This document shows, piece after piece, positions 1-11,941 of a stretch of 64,000 bases of DNA (positions within the stretch are counted from its first letter, which is position 1; each line of letters begins with the position of its first letter). The notes below the pieces were generated by a model that searched no databases, had not been told where the DNA came from, and worked only from the letters and a program-made list of their open reading frames with translations. A program made the translations under genes and the position numbers. This DNA is from Selaginella moellendorffii (Eukaryota > Plantae > Lycopodiophyta), in the NCBI RefSeq assembly GCF_000143415.4, contig NW_003314262.1, forward strand, positions 5,800,304 through 5,864,303, written 5' to 3'.

Positions 1-794
1 AGCATTGTATTCCCGGAAGACAAGCAAATGCGGTTTAAGCTCCTCTACAGAAACTCCACGGATCTGTTGGAAAAAGAAAGAGCTAAACGAAATGAAGAAA
101 ATGAAAAGAAAGAAGCTTACCTTTGCCAGCCATTGAGAACTCCCATGAGAGCTAGAACGTAGATTTAACACGTTCTCTGCTTCCTCAAGCTCACTCAAGA
201 CCAATCACTCTCGGGAATGACCAGTTTCTTCGGCTACGAGCGTTTCTGGGGTGTGCATGTTAACTAGCGTGATCCTACGGGCTAAAGTTGAACACGTGAA
301 TGGTGGCAAGTGCAACAAAAGCTTTTTAACATTCATTGATTTTCCTGGCGGTAGTATCAAAACATCAATTAAGTTACAGGAGTTTATAGAGAATTCTACC
401 TCACTCTGCTCGTTTTTGTCCCTGCTATCAAGGGAGACAGAGGCTCTAATTTGTCTGTAGGGAAATCCATCAGCTCACACTACTTGTTTTTCTCTCTGCT
501 ATCTCGGCCAAGGAACCATGATGTGGAGGGTGTCAAGAAAGAGCTGAAGAATATTCCTGGAGTCTCAACCAATGAGTTCTGGTCCATAACTTCCAGCATT
601 TTTAAGGGGTGGATGATTTTGAACTGCTCCTGGCAATTTTTTGTGTGCGATGCTCCACACACCAAGAGTGGGCAAACGAATCTTGAAATATTCATTGATT
701 TAACATCAATCTTCTAATCTTGGTCTTAATAAATTCGGAAAGAGAAAAAAAGAAAGAAGCCTCTATTCAAGCACTCTCTAAACTGTCGAGTTGT

Positions 795-1401
795 TCGTGC
801 TTTTCAAGCTCTTCAGATTTCCAGTAAAGTATTCCCTGTTGCCTTGGCAAACTCCCTCAAAGCTTCAATGGCATTCTCTTGTCGCACAGCAAACAGCTTG
901 TCGATATCCCCGGACAATCGCACCATTGCCAAACCATCGCAACATCCTCCTAAAATTTCACGTGGAGACTCCAACATGTAGACATCACCCACAAGTACAA
1001 CTTGCCATCCCTGCGGTGGAGTAGCGGCCGCCAGAGCAGAAGAACCAGCAAAAGCCTCGTGTTGTAGACGATGCTAAACTTGAACAAACCGACCCCGCCG
1101 TACCAATCGTCAGGAACAAATTGCATTGCCGCAGTGAAAATCCAGACCGTCAGTGGAATCAGCACCCACGAGTCTGTGCTCGTTGTGGAACAGATACCAC
1201 TGATGCCTCCAACAAGAAAACCATATCTGACAACGTTCTTTCGACCAAACAGACAATACAGAAGCACAATGAGAATGTAAGAAACCTATGCTTCCTGCCG
1301 ATATATGGTAGCTACATAAAACCCATATGCAGTGAAGCAGTGATCACAAGGTTCATAAAAAATTGGTGCATTATAATCCAGTGGCGACTAAGATCCCAGG
1401 A
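795..1401 (-). pseudogene. Decayed copy of the local two-exon multi-pass membrane protein family
   Basis: ORF 950..1267 (LLYCLFGRKNVVRYGFLVGGISGICSTTSTD...PDDWYGG) matches the intact copies at 14583, 27211 and 29837. It has deletions and frameshifts. Ends approximate. Confidence 0.8.
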
Positions 1402-2299
1402 CCAAGATTATGCTTTGGGCTCCTAGAAATTCCCGTTTGCACATTTTTAAAATCTTGACCGTTGGTCGGCAGCTCATCCAACGGCGATTAGTACGCTTCA
1501 CCAGCTAAAGATGGTAGCAAATAATAGTGTCCTAGTCAGCAGTCATTTTTATATAGGCTGGTAAAAATTGGAATCCGAAAAAAAAAAGCCGGATGCAAAA
1601 GGCAAGATTTCAAAAAATAGAAGTTTGATCACCTCTGACGTTTCCAGCTTTTGCGTAGTTCTTCGTTGTGAATGCCAGTGTAGAAATCGCCTCGTGGTGA
1701 TTATGATATCGCCATCCTGTTGGTGATCTTGAGCAGATCAAGTCAGTTTTCGACAATCAACAGGACACTGCAATATCCTCAATGTAGCTGCCCATGGTCC
1801 ACATTTCCTGTAACACGTTAATCGTATGACTGGACATTACAAATAACTGGAAGTGACATCAGCTTACACTGCCCCTGATGCTGCAAATCAAGAGCTCACA
1901 AACTGCTGTCAAAGAAAAAACAAAACAAAACAAAACAATGTGAACGAGCAGCAAAGCACTTCAAGCTGTCACCTAGAAGGGAAGTCACGCGTTGTTCGTT
2001 CTCTTCCCGAAACACGTCCGCTGAAGAAAAGATGAGGTTGAACTTGCGATAGGTTTCGGCGTGAAAGAGTTGCGAAGTGGCAGCATTTCAAAAGTTAAAA
2101 GAAAGTGAAGCTCAAATTCTAACAAACTTGTATTGTCATACCTCCTACACATGCTGAGCAACACGCCCATCCTCTCCAATAGTTGATTAAGTGTGACCAA
2201 GGTACGAGTTTCTTATTTTCAAATCGTTTATTATGCAAGCGTTCAATGTAGAGTCAAATATCAGCCACTTTCTCCTCGTCAGGCAATCCCACGATGGCT

Positions 2300-3960
2300 G
2301 TTACGCTGCGATCGAATGTTATGAACTCTAAGATCCAGCAAATTTTCATACCTGTCAGCAAGCGCATCGCCAACCCAGTGCTTCTGACGTATCGCATAGT
2401 GCATCGTCTTTGACATTGGTCAGAAGGCAGACACAGCCATCCCCGTCGACTTCATCCACCGAAAAACGATTTAACACGTTGAGGAAGTACGGCATGAAGA
2501 AAGTAGCAATCTCCCGGTAAGAACAGAGAGTGAGCCCAAATCATAGAAATACCAGATTGTAAAGACGCGATGACTAGCTCCAAAATGCACCCGAAAGTTT
2601 TTCCATCATATCATGCAAATCAGAGATGGATCCGTGGGCCATTCTTTAATACACCTCCGTTCGGGTTACGAAAGGGAAAAGTCCCCAGCAACAGAAGGCT
2701 GGATCCATCTGGAGTAAGCTGAACTCCAAACTCCGCTTGCAGTTGCGATAAGTCGAATGTAGCAAAAATGAAGAAAAATATAAACCTTCAGAGTTTGCTC
2801 CAAAATCTTCGTAGATCCAGTAAAAAGGATTGCAATTTGCAGGACCTCCGATTGCAAATTCCTGCTTAAGGATAGTCTTGCTATCCTCTTGAATAGAAAA
2901 GCTCGAGCATCTCCAAACTAAAGCTCAAGTGTTTGCCCAAATCATTGGCTACGGGATCCTTTTGTGTATCCTCCGCTTGAGCTGTAGTGCTCGTTTGTTG
3001 ATGGAGCCAGCGCCTGTCAAAGGTCTTGACTGGTGCTCTTGAGAGCATGGCTTCCTTGTTCAGCCGAAGTGTTCCCTCGAGCTTGTTGTGCGAATCAGCA
3101 CAATAGTCGTCCAGACCACTGGCTCGAATCCTTTCAGACAGTGCTTTCCTAAGTCGAGGTTCTGAACTTGTTGACGGTGACTGTAGGTGATGAGGATTCG
3201 TTAAACATTGTGTGTGCTCGTAAACATTCTTTGTTTCCTGAGTCCTGGCAGCTTGGCTGCTCAGCAATGGACAGCACCGGCTCAACTGCTACACAGCCAT
3301 AGTTCATCCACCGTGTGAACGTTTGAGAAGTATGGCATGAAGAAAGTAGCTGTCTTTTGGAGATATCCTTATGAGATGTAAGAGAGTGAGTTTATGGGAT
3401 GACTGCAAACGAAACAAAGAAAACACAAACATGACAAGGGGTTACCTCCAAGACGGATAAAGGCCAGCAACAAGCCATCTGGAGCGAGCTAAACTCCAAA
3501 CTTCACTTGCAGCTGCAACAATTGGGTAAGTCGAATTTAGCAAAAACGAAAAAAAGAAAAATATAAACTTTCAGAGAGTCAGCAGCAGCGTTGCCTCCGA
3601 TTGCAAACTCCTGCTAAGGGATAATATTGCTAACACGGATATCCTCTTGAATACTTGTGTTGACTGCCACACAAAGAACTGAAAGTTCGTGCCCAAATGG
3701 TCGAGCATGTCCGACCTAGTAAGTCCGCTTGCTGAAACTAAAGCCCGAGTGCTTGTCCAAACCTTGGCTACGGGATCCATTTGTGTATCCTCTGCTAGAG
3801 CAGTCGTGCTCGTTCGTTCATGCCTGTAAAAGGTACCTATTGATTTAGTTCTCTTGGGAGAATGTTTGGAAGTGTTCCTCGTTTAAGGTTCCACCAGCAT
3901 ATTCCATGTGCTCGTAAGATCTCTTTGTGAGGTGTTTCAGAGTTGTCAACAGCAATGGAT
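2300..3960 (-). pseudogene. Two tandem degenerate fragments of an unidentified gene family that recurs across the duplicated region
   Basis: Blocks such as ggctacgggatcc, gtgttccctcgagc, gatgactagctccaaaatg and aagtcgaatgtagcaaaa recur near 12.0-13.0, 14.0-14.3, 23.8-24.4, 28.2-29.0 and 33.4-34.0 kb. Only short broken ORFs are present and no family is recognised. Confidence 0.4.
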
Positions 3961-6347
3961 GCCACCTTAACTGCTACAGTAGAAACCATCTATTGGTTGT
4001 CAAACATGTTTGTTATCATGGTCATAGTGTTTACCCATCCTATAGTCTTAAGGATCTTTGCCTGCTAAAAAATAAGTCTGTAATAAAGAAAACAAAAAAT
4101 GTTTATGTATTTCATAATGTATTTATGTTTTAGATTTAGTGAATTTAATTCATGTGTATTGGTCTCTGATTGCAAACACTATCATGTTTTCTAGACATGA
4201 CAGAGACTTGCAATCTTGGAAACAAAGAAAAGAATTAAAAAAATTAAATAATTTGCTATGCAATGCATGTAGCAATGTTTAATTTGCTTAATAGTAATGT
4301 TATTTCTACTTATTAATTCAATTGATAAGATAAAGTTTATAATTATAAGCATGTTTGTAATTTATAAACACAAGATTAATCTTATTGCATATCAACCATT
4401 AGATGGTAGAATAAAAAAGAATATACTAGAAAAGGTTTAAGAAAGTTTATAAATTATAAATACAAAATTAATCTAAATGAATAATAGCCATTAGATAATA
4501 GATTATCCTAGAATATTTAAGCATATTCTAAATATATTCACTACCATCCTAGTTCCTCTACGCTTAAGCAAACCAAAAATATTACTTTTAACCAACTAAA
4601 ATTAACTACTAAAATAATGTGATAATCCTAGGATCATTTATTTCATATTGACATTATATATATATAAAATATATATATATGTCATAAAATATTATTTAAT
4701 TTTTTTAACATAATATAAATCAATATAAATAATGTGAGACATTCTCTATAACTCCTAAATACTTTATGAAAATATTGAAGCATATAAGTAAAAATTAAAT
4801 AGGTTTTATGAAAAATTCAAGGTGATATTAAATTACCAATATATAGCTTATGCTCTAGAAATTAAAAGAAAACACTGTCTCTTATACAAATTTTAATACC
4901 TTTGGCTTCTAAATTAATATTACATATTTTTAGGGTTATTGAGCACCCAATTTACCAAGAAAGAATTTTATATAAAAAATAAAGAAAAAGCATATTCCAC
5001 TATATTTATATCTTCTTATAATTTCTTGAATATATTACAATGTTTTAAATCAACATAAGACCTCAAAGAGGAAAGAACAAGCATTGAAAGTGAATGAATG
5101 TAAGATGATACATTTTTACATGCAGAGTTTTTAGTTTGTGCCAAGTGGATTATTTTATGGTCAGATTCGTGTGCATTTGCAAAATTTAGAACTTCGTGCC
5201 CTCCATAATCAGGCTTGCATGTTTCAATCTCATGCTCCACCTAGGATAAGATCAAAAGGGCATATATAGATAAATCAACTTTTGCACCTCTATGTGTGCA
5301 TGCAATCAGGAAATGATACAAGAAATTGGGCAAATAGCCTCCAAACAAACCAATGATCCACACACAAAGATCTGCAATTGACAGATCAAATTGCACATGC
5401 TGTTCATCTTCCAGGGAGCAGAAAAATGCAGGCCTTTAGGGTTATTTTATACTCCGTGTCTCAAAGCAACCAACCACATCTTGATGACCATCACAAGGAT
5501 CCAAATAAAAGACATTTTCAATTCCAGTATCTATTTTCAATTTCAAATAAAATTGAGAAAACCATCACTGCACTACTGCCACCATCTGCAACCACAAAAA
5601 CAGCCACAAGTTTTCAGAATTCAAAGCTCCAGATCAGTCCAAATTACAGAATTCAAAGCCCACATAAGCCGATCCACGCACGTTCAAAGCTGGGAAACCT
5701 CGGTCAAATTGTTGACAACTTGACAACACCCATCAAGTTGGTGCTGCTGCTGCTGCTTGCTTTGCTTGCTCTTGATCGATTGACGTGGATGGATGAGCAG
5801 CGTTTGAAATTGTTTGCTCCAATAGACTATACCATTTATTTAGGGCTCCGTGAGCCTTGTTGGTGGTGCACAAACAATGCAATGCTGCAATCAAAGGTTG
5901 GTGCCTTCTTTAATCCTAGAATAGCACTCTTTTCCATCAAGAGCAGCATGGACTTCCCCACGCCCGCCTTTCCTTTGGTCCTCGGGAGCAATTATAAACT
6001 TCATTCTTTCCCTGTTGTTGGACTTGTCGACACCAAGCCGAGCAATATCTCTCGAGTGGACCGAAAGATCGATCGAGACGAGATCGGGGATCTACTAACA
6101 CTTACAACGTTGTTTCAGAGAAGAAAGTTTTTGATTAACTTCATACTAATATATACACAGCAGGCCTCTTGGTGTTCGTTGGTTTGCTCGTGTGTTTGCT
6201 CGCTCGCTCGATCGTTCTCCACAGCAGCGTGGAAGTGGGATCGGGATCGGGATAGTTTTTGTACACCGCGGATCCGGATCTTCCCGGAGATCACCAGACA
6301 AGAGTCCCCCAGATGCAAATCTGAGAACCCATACGTGATCGATCAGA

Positions 6348-7967
6348 TCAATACGTGATCGTGCTGGCCAGGTCGCTGTGAATCGTGTTGTGATTCTCCC
6401 CATACTTGTGGAGCGCCTTGAGAAGCTTGGCCGCCTTCCTCCGCGCGCGATCGCTACAATCGCTTTGCATTACCAGCAGCATCTGCGCGGGCGCGCCACC
6501 TTTCACCGCCATCTCCTGGACGCTGCTGTGCTCGCCAAGCCCATTGAAGGTGGCGCTAGAAGTGATCCTGGCAGCTCCAGCGGCGAAGCTGGCGGCGGCG
6601 GCGGTGGTACCATCTTCGCTGCCCAGATTGTCGCACAGCACCGCGCAGAGCACACCGGCGGCGTACTCGGTTGCGCGCTCCGAGACCCCGAGGACGAGCC
6701 CGACGAGCTCGGATATGAAGTTGGGCTGGCTGCAAATCGCCGCGCGGCCCTCGCTGCTCGTGCACAGCAGCTCCAGCGTCGCGAGCGCCCTCTCGACGTT
6801 GACGACGATCCCACTCTTGCTGCAAAACTCGCCACCATCGACGCCATGGAGATCCACCAGTGTGTCGAGCAGCGCCTCCACGGCGCCGGCCTTGACGGCT
6901 GGGATGCGATTCGGCTTGCTCAGGCAAATCCCCAGCATTGATTTTAGGGCTAGGCGGACGAGCTTGGCCTCTGCGGAGGGATCCTTGAGCAGCGCTACGC
7001 AGGCGCCCAGGATGCCGGAGCTGGCGGCCGGATCCACCGCGGATTCGTTGGCGGAGAGCTTGCAGAGGAGGATCCACGCGTCGGTGGAGCGGCGGCGGAG
7101 GTCGGACTCGATAGCGGGGAGGAGGCGCGAGCGCGCGATGAGATCCTGGGTGTGCTCGTCGTCGGCCAGCGCCGCCAGCAGCGCCAGCGCCTCGCGGAGG
7201 ATGTCGCGCTTCTCGATCTCCGGGGAGGAGGAGAGGAGGAGGGCGATGAGGCTGTCCGGGACGCCGGCGGCGATGATGGCGCGCTTGTTTCGATCTGATT
7301 CCTCCGCCAGCACGCGCAGGGATCGCAGCGAGGCCTTCGCGAATCTGCCGCAGGCGGTGTCCTTGGTGAGCGAGTCGAGCGACTGATCGGCCGCTGGTGG
7401 CGCTGGATTCGCCGCTGGAGCTGGTGGCGCTGTTCTTGAGGATTGGAAGGGGCTGAGATCCCTGTCCACGAGACCCACATACCTCTCCTTGAAGAAGCCG
7501 GCCTCTTGGGGGGAGGAATCGTCCTTGTTGCCAGCGGAGGCGCTCTTGGGCTCCGCCGCTGCCACCGCCGCCGCTGCCGCCGCCTTGATCATCTCACTCT
7601 CCCTCTCGCGCAGCTGGACCATTTGCTGCTTGAGCCCAAAGTCCCACTGGCTGAGGATCTTCTCCTGGGCGACCGTGTCCGGGGATGGCGGAAGAGCCAG
7701 CACCTCCGCCAGCGGCGCCGCCTTGGGCTTCTCGGGAACGGCGGCATTGCTCTTGGGGGGCGGCGCCGCGGCCGGGGCTGGCGGAGGAGGAGGGGGAGGG
7801 AGATTCGCGGCCGCCGCCGCTGTAGGGAGGGGGCTGGAGATGACCAGCGCTGGCGGCGGTGTTCTTGGGCTGAGGACGCTGTCGGAGCACGTCCCAAACA
7901 TCCCGCAAGTGAAGATTTGGCCTTTGGCGTGCTTGAGCCTCGCGCAGTGGTGCTTGCGCATCTTCAT
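6348..7967 (-). CDS. Armadillo (ARM)-repeat protein, PUB-like C-terminal ARM array with a Pro/Ala-rich N-terminus; no U-box visible; intronless
   Basis: Long single ORF with ARM-type segments (LRVLAEESDRNKRAIIAAG, NRIPAVKAGAVEALL, ERALATLELLCTSSEGRAA, SERATEYAAGVL, SDRARRKAAKLLKAL). First ATG is at 7967; the ORF track opens at GTG 7994. Confidence 0.85.
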   Translation of the reverse strand: MKMRKHHCARLKHAKGQIFTCGMFGTCSDSVLSPRTPPPALVISSPLPTAAAAANLPPPPPPPAPAAAPPPKSNAAVPEKPKAAPLAEVLALPPSPDTVAQEKILSQWDFGLKQQMVQLRERESEMIKAAAAAAVAAAEPKSASAGNKDDSSPQEAGFFKERYVGLVDRDLSPFQSSRTAPPAPAANPAPPAADQSLDSLTKDTACGRFAKASLRSLRVLAEESDRNKRAIIAAGVPDSLIALLLSSSPEIEKRDILREALALLAALADDEHTQDLIARSRLLPAIESDLRRRSTDAWILLCKLSANESAVDPAASSGILGACVALLKDPSAEAKLVRLALKSMLGICLSKPNRIPAVKAGAVEALLDTLVDLHGVDGGEFCSKSGIVVNVERALATLELLCTSSEGRAAICSQPNFISELVGLVLGVSERATEYAAGVLCAVLCDNLGSEDGTTAAAASFAAGAARITSSATFNGLGEHSSVQEMAVKGGAPAQMLLVMQSDCSDRARRKAAKLLKALHKYGENHNTIHSDLASTITY

Positions 7968-8585
7968 CCTGGGCGATTGAGAGCGCGAGATCACAATGTA
8001 GCTCTGGAGAAGACACCCACACGATTGCTAGAAGCTAAGAACACCCCGAAGAACACGCTCACTACTCTCACTACTACACTGTACCAGAGCTAGATGGGAA
8101 AGATAGACCACTTCTTCTTCCACTCTCACACACTCTCACACTCTTCTCTAAAAGTTTCCCCTTTTCTTCCTCGCTCACACTCACCACACTTCCTTCTTTG
8201 CTTGACTCTAGGCTCGATTTGAGGGGCGGGCTCACGTCCGGACCACCACCGTGACCGGGACAGCGGGTAAGTATCCCCTGGCCACTGCCGCGTGCCGGTG
8301 GGGCACAGGCTCTTTTCCGGTCGTCGCGGAACGCACGGGCAGTTGGACCGGTTAATTTTGGATGGACCGTCCAAACAAATAAACGCGACCGGGAATATTT
8401 TGCCGGTGAGGGTTGTCCCATGTGTCCCCCACACACTTCAGTCGCCGGGAAAGCTGCCGGGAAGTCCAACAATGGCAGGCCTCCACGTGCTAGCGGCCGG
8501 ACGCCTGGAAAAGACCGTCTGGCATTTAATAGCTGGAACCTTCCAGTTGTAGTGGCCGATCGTGGCCGTCCGATCGATGTGCCCT

Positions 8586-10115
8586 CGTACGTAATAAAAG
8601 AAAAAAGGAAAGAAAATGTTTTCCACATCAGCAGCACCACGTCAGTTAACATCTGCCACGTGAAATTCGCAAGTCCGACGTGTCGCGAGGGGAAATTAGG
8701 CTAGAAATCCATGATGATCCTTGCTGTGGCGCGAGATCGGGGCTTAGCGGCTTCTTGGGGCACCGATCGAGCGGGGGGAGATGGGACGGCGCGGCGGGCA
8801 TCGATCCAATGCCCTAGTCGCGGTAATAGTGGATGCATTCCACGGTATTGTGATCGGGGTTGTTGCCTTGCACGGTGGAGTGTGGCGATGTGGTGTATCG
8901 GAGCACTCTGCCCAAATTCGATAGGAAACAGGCTCAGGCCTTCTTAGACGAAGGTATTTCTTTTTTTCTTTACTGAAGTTCTATTGAAGCGAGGTGTTCG
9001 TTTCGTCCAGGATGACTTTGTCCTGGAGAAGAACATTGGAGAAGGAGCGTTTGGATCCATCCGTCTACAAAGGATCGTTTGCGAAATCCTCAAAAGAAGG
9101 TGCGTGGCTTTTGTTCTTTGATTTTTCTCGATCACTTTGAAACACTTGTTTGTTAACGCGCAGTCGTTTCCAGTGGTGGTGAAGAAGGCTGAGCAGTGGA
9201 GGCTTGGATGAACCAGCGCGTGCGACGAGCATGCCCGGGAAAATGTGCTGACGGACTGTGTGTGTGTGTGTGGCGTTTCATATATCTTTGGTTCTAGAGA
9301 GTCGATCCGAAGGAGGAGTGTCCGTCGCGATTTGAGATTTTCTGCATGAAACCGAAAACTCACTAACATTGTAAGGAAAATCCTCGAGAGGCGCCACACC
9401 TTCGTAACGCCACACAAGCCAAACAGGTTGAGAAGGCGTTGAGCTTGAAGACTACACAGCTTGCCAAAGGTTGCGAGCGAGAAAACCAGATCGAGTGTTT
9501 GAGGGAGACTGGATTGTTCATTAAAACCTCATCTTTCCCACGGTAAGCTTGTAGATATGTAGCCATTGTTTCTTAACAGTTGGATGTTTTGTAGAGTCGA
9601 AGTCCTTCAAGATTATTGATCTCGGTCGGTGAGGACTTTCCGCAAGAGTTCCTACTGGATCCAAGGTCTGAGTTGTAATTTCTTTTCAACTTCGCGTAAA
9701 GAAAGTTTCCTGATATTTTTTCTATGTTCAAGGTACGCTGCACCAGAGCTGTACGTTATGAGCACTCAGACTCCTGCAACAGCACTCTCTCCAGTTCTAT
9801 GGCAGGCATATACCAGTCAATATTTCTGTGACAAATCACGAACTTTGATCCTTACAGCTAAACCTGCCAGACCACTATAGCCTCGGATTGATGTTCTTGC
9901 AAATGGTAAGTCCAGCTGATACATCTATCAATGGCAGGTGTTTTCGAAATTGAGAAGCGATAGTGCTCTCATCCAGTTCAATGAAGCGCATGAATCGTGG
10001 AGAAGCTTGGTGGAGGCTCGGCGAAATCCGGGCGTTCAACGTGGCTTGGAGATTCTGGACGGAGGAGCTGCTCCAAGCGATGATGCTGTTTAAAGGTCGT
10101 CAACGTATCAGTGCC
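8586..10115 (+). pseudogene. STN7: STN7 pseudogene copy 1 (upstream sequence plus exons 1-9, introns retained, many deletions, one micro-inversion)
   Basis: Colinear with 38351-40361 (cgtacgtaataaa..., GATGACTTTGTCCTGGAGAAG, GAGTTCCTACTGGATCCAAG, CGTATCAGTGCC). Frameshifted and truncated after RISA. Confidence 0.9.
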
Positions 10116-11371
10116 TGGCCTGTCCCACAATGTCCTCGGGCACCAGCGACCACAGCTACCATCGGGTTGTTCCTGTCGAGACGGAAGTAGCGCACTTCTA
10201 GTTACTTAGACAAGGATTCAATTCAATGTGCATTCTTTCCTTTCTTTTCTGCCCGGGCTCTGACTGGGATCGTAGAAATGAGGAGCTCTTGCCGGATATC
10301 CGCTGCTTCCAACGGTCATTCTCGCGGGGATGGATGGAGAGCCTGGAAGATCGGTCACACTTTGTCAATCGCGATGATTCTTGGACGCTGTCGACCTTGA
10401 ATCTCCAGGATGGTGTATCCGGCAGCTTGGCCTTGGCTGAATGCAGCCAGACTGGGAGCAGCGTTTCCAACAGATCTGGAAGAAATGTTCACTCTCCACC
10501 GTCGTTTCCAGCGCTCGAGCGTAAGAATCCAAGGCTTCTCGAATAAGACTCTCTGGAAGGAAGATCAAAGTTTGGACCTGTTTTGGTCCTATGTGCACAA
10601 TCCACATGCGAGAGCGATGCCGGGAACAACAGCAAGAGAGACGAGCATAAGTTGCCACACGGACGAGAATCCAACTGCAAAACCTGAGACGGATCCTGCC
10701 ATATGTAGTGGAGATATGGATCAAACGAGATAATCAAAGACTCGCCGGGTCGAAGAATCCCACGTCTTGGCTGAGCATCGATCCCATTTTTTTAGAGCTC
10801 GCTTGAAAGCCAATGAAAACTAGCTTAGAAGGAAGAAGAGAACGAAGTCATAGATCAGGAAAGCTTCTAGCGATCAAGGGATGAACCTTCGAGCCAAGCT
10901 TGGCATAGTTTGCGGCAGCACCAAACTCATTCCCAAAGAAGATGGAATCGCTGTTCCGCACCCAGTCCCTCTTCTTTTCCTTCTTCGAAATCCCGATATT
11001 CTCCACCTCGCTGTCCTTGAATCTTCGCTGGTTTCCATCCCATGCCTGATGTGATTTATGCCCAGTGCTTATCTTGACCAGGTTGAGGAGGAATAATGCG
11101 AGCACACCTGATCCTTTCCATAAATTTCCTTTCACTCAAACCAATCAAGATCATCAGTTGACTGAGATGGAGAGCGTCAGATCGATCGGTCTAGAACGAT
11201 AAGCAAAGCTGCCAGTTCTCGTTTGATACAAGCTCGTGCGCGACCTTTGTCTTGATCGCTTTGAAAAACTCTAGGAAAGTTTTTTCTTCCTGTGTGAGTT
11301 GGAGTTTTTTATTTAAGGACTTTTGATTGATGCAAATTTAAGAGGATGTGAAGGAGTTTGTAAGTTACCCT

Positions 11372-11941
11372 ATGGAGCAGAGATTGTTGAGCCCAAATGG
11401 TGAGTATGCTCTTGGTGATATCTACAAGGCCTGGAATGTCGCCACTGGATTATATGGCGGCAGTTCTTGATGAATCTTGTGAGTCACTGCTTCAGTGCAT
11501 ATGGATTTTCTGTAGCTACGATATATTGGCTCCCTGAGCCTGTGCGTTGGTTTCAGTGTACTTTTACTATCATGTAAGCTTTGTTTTCCTTTATATCTTT
11601 AGAAACTAACAAGAGGTTCCTACATCCAGGGGTTTCCCATCTTCTCTTTGGTCGAAAGAAAGTTATCACATATATTGGAAATTATCACACTAATATTATT
11701 CTCTGCAATTGTCTACGCGGGGCTGGTTCATGTCTATATGTCGCAGTTTCCATATGAAATTCTTGTAGATTGTTTTTGCGATGGTTTGGCAGCAAGAGAG
11801 GATACCGACAAGCTGATTGCAATGCAGCAAGAGAAGGCCATTGAAGCTTTGAAGGAGTTTGCCAAGGCAACCGGGAATACTTCACCGGAAAACATGAATA
11901 GCCTCAACTTCAAGAAACTAAAGCAGAACTACAACTTTTAG
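11372..11941 (+). pseudogene. Internally deleted copy of the membrane protein family
   Basis: Starts ATGGAGCAGAGATTGTTGAGCCCAAATGG and ends ...QEKAIEALKEFAKATGNTSPENMNSL. The central TM region is missing and exon 1 is frameshifted. Confidence 0.8.

Noticed and set aside
3980-5300. AT-rich block as a possible TE
   Set aside because: No TIR, TSD, LTR or Helitron termini could be identified by eye.
5378-6358. 326-aa ORF
   Set aside because: Starts at TTG, has heterogeneous composition, runs antisense through the ARM 3' region and shows no recognisable domain.
6378-8093. Several long overlapping ORFs antisense to or out of frame with the ARM gene
   Set aside because: Expected shadow ORFs of a GC-rich coding region; no motifs.
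8586-10115. STN7 copies as retrogenes, or as Pack-MULE/Helitron captures
   Set aside because: They retain introns and upstream sequence, and no TE termini bound them; segmental duplication explains them.
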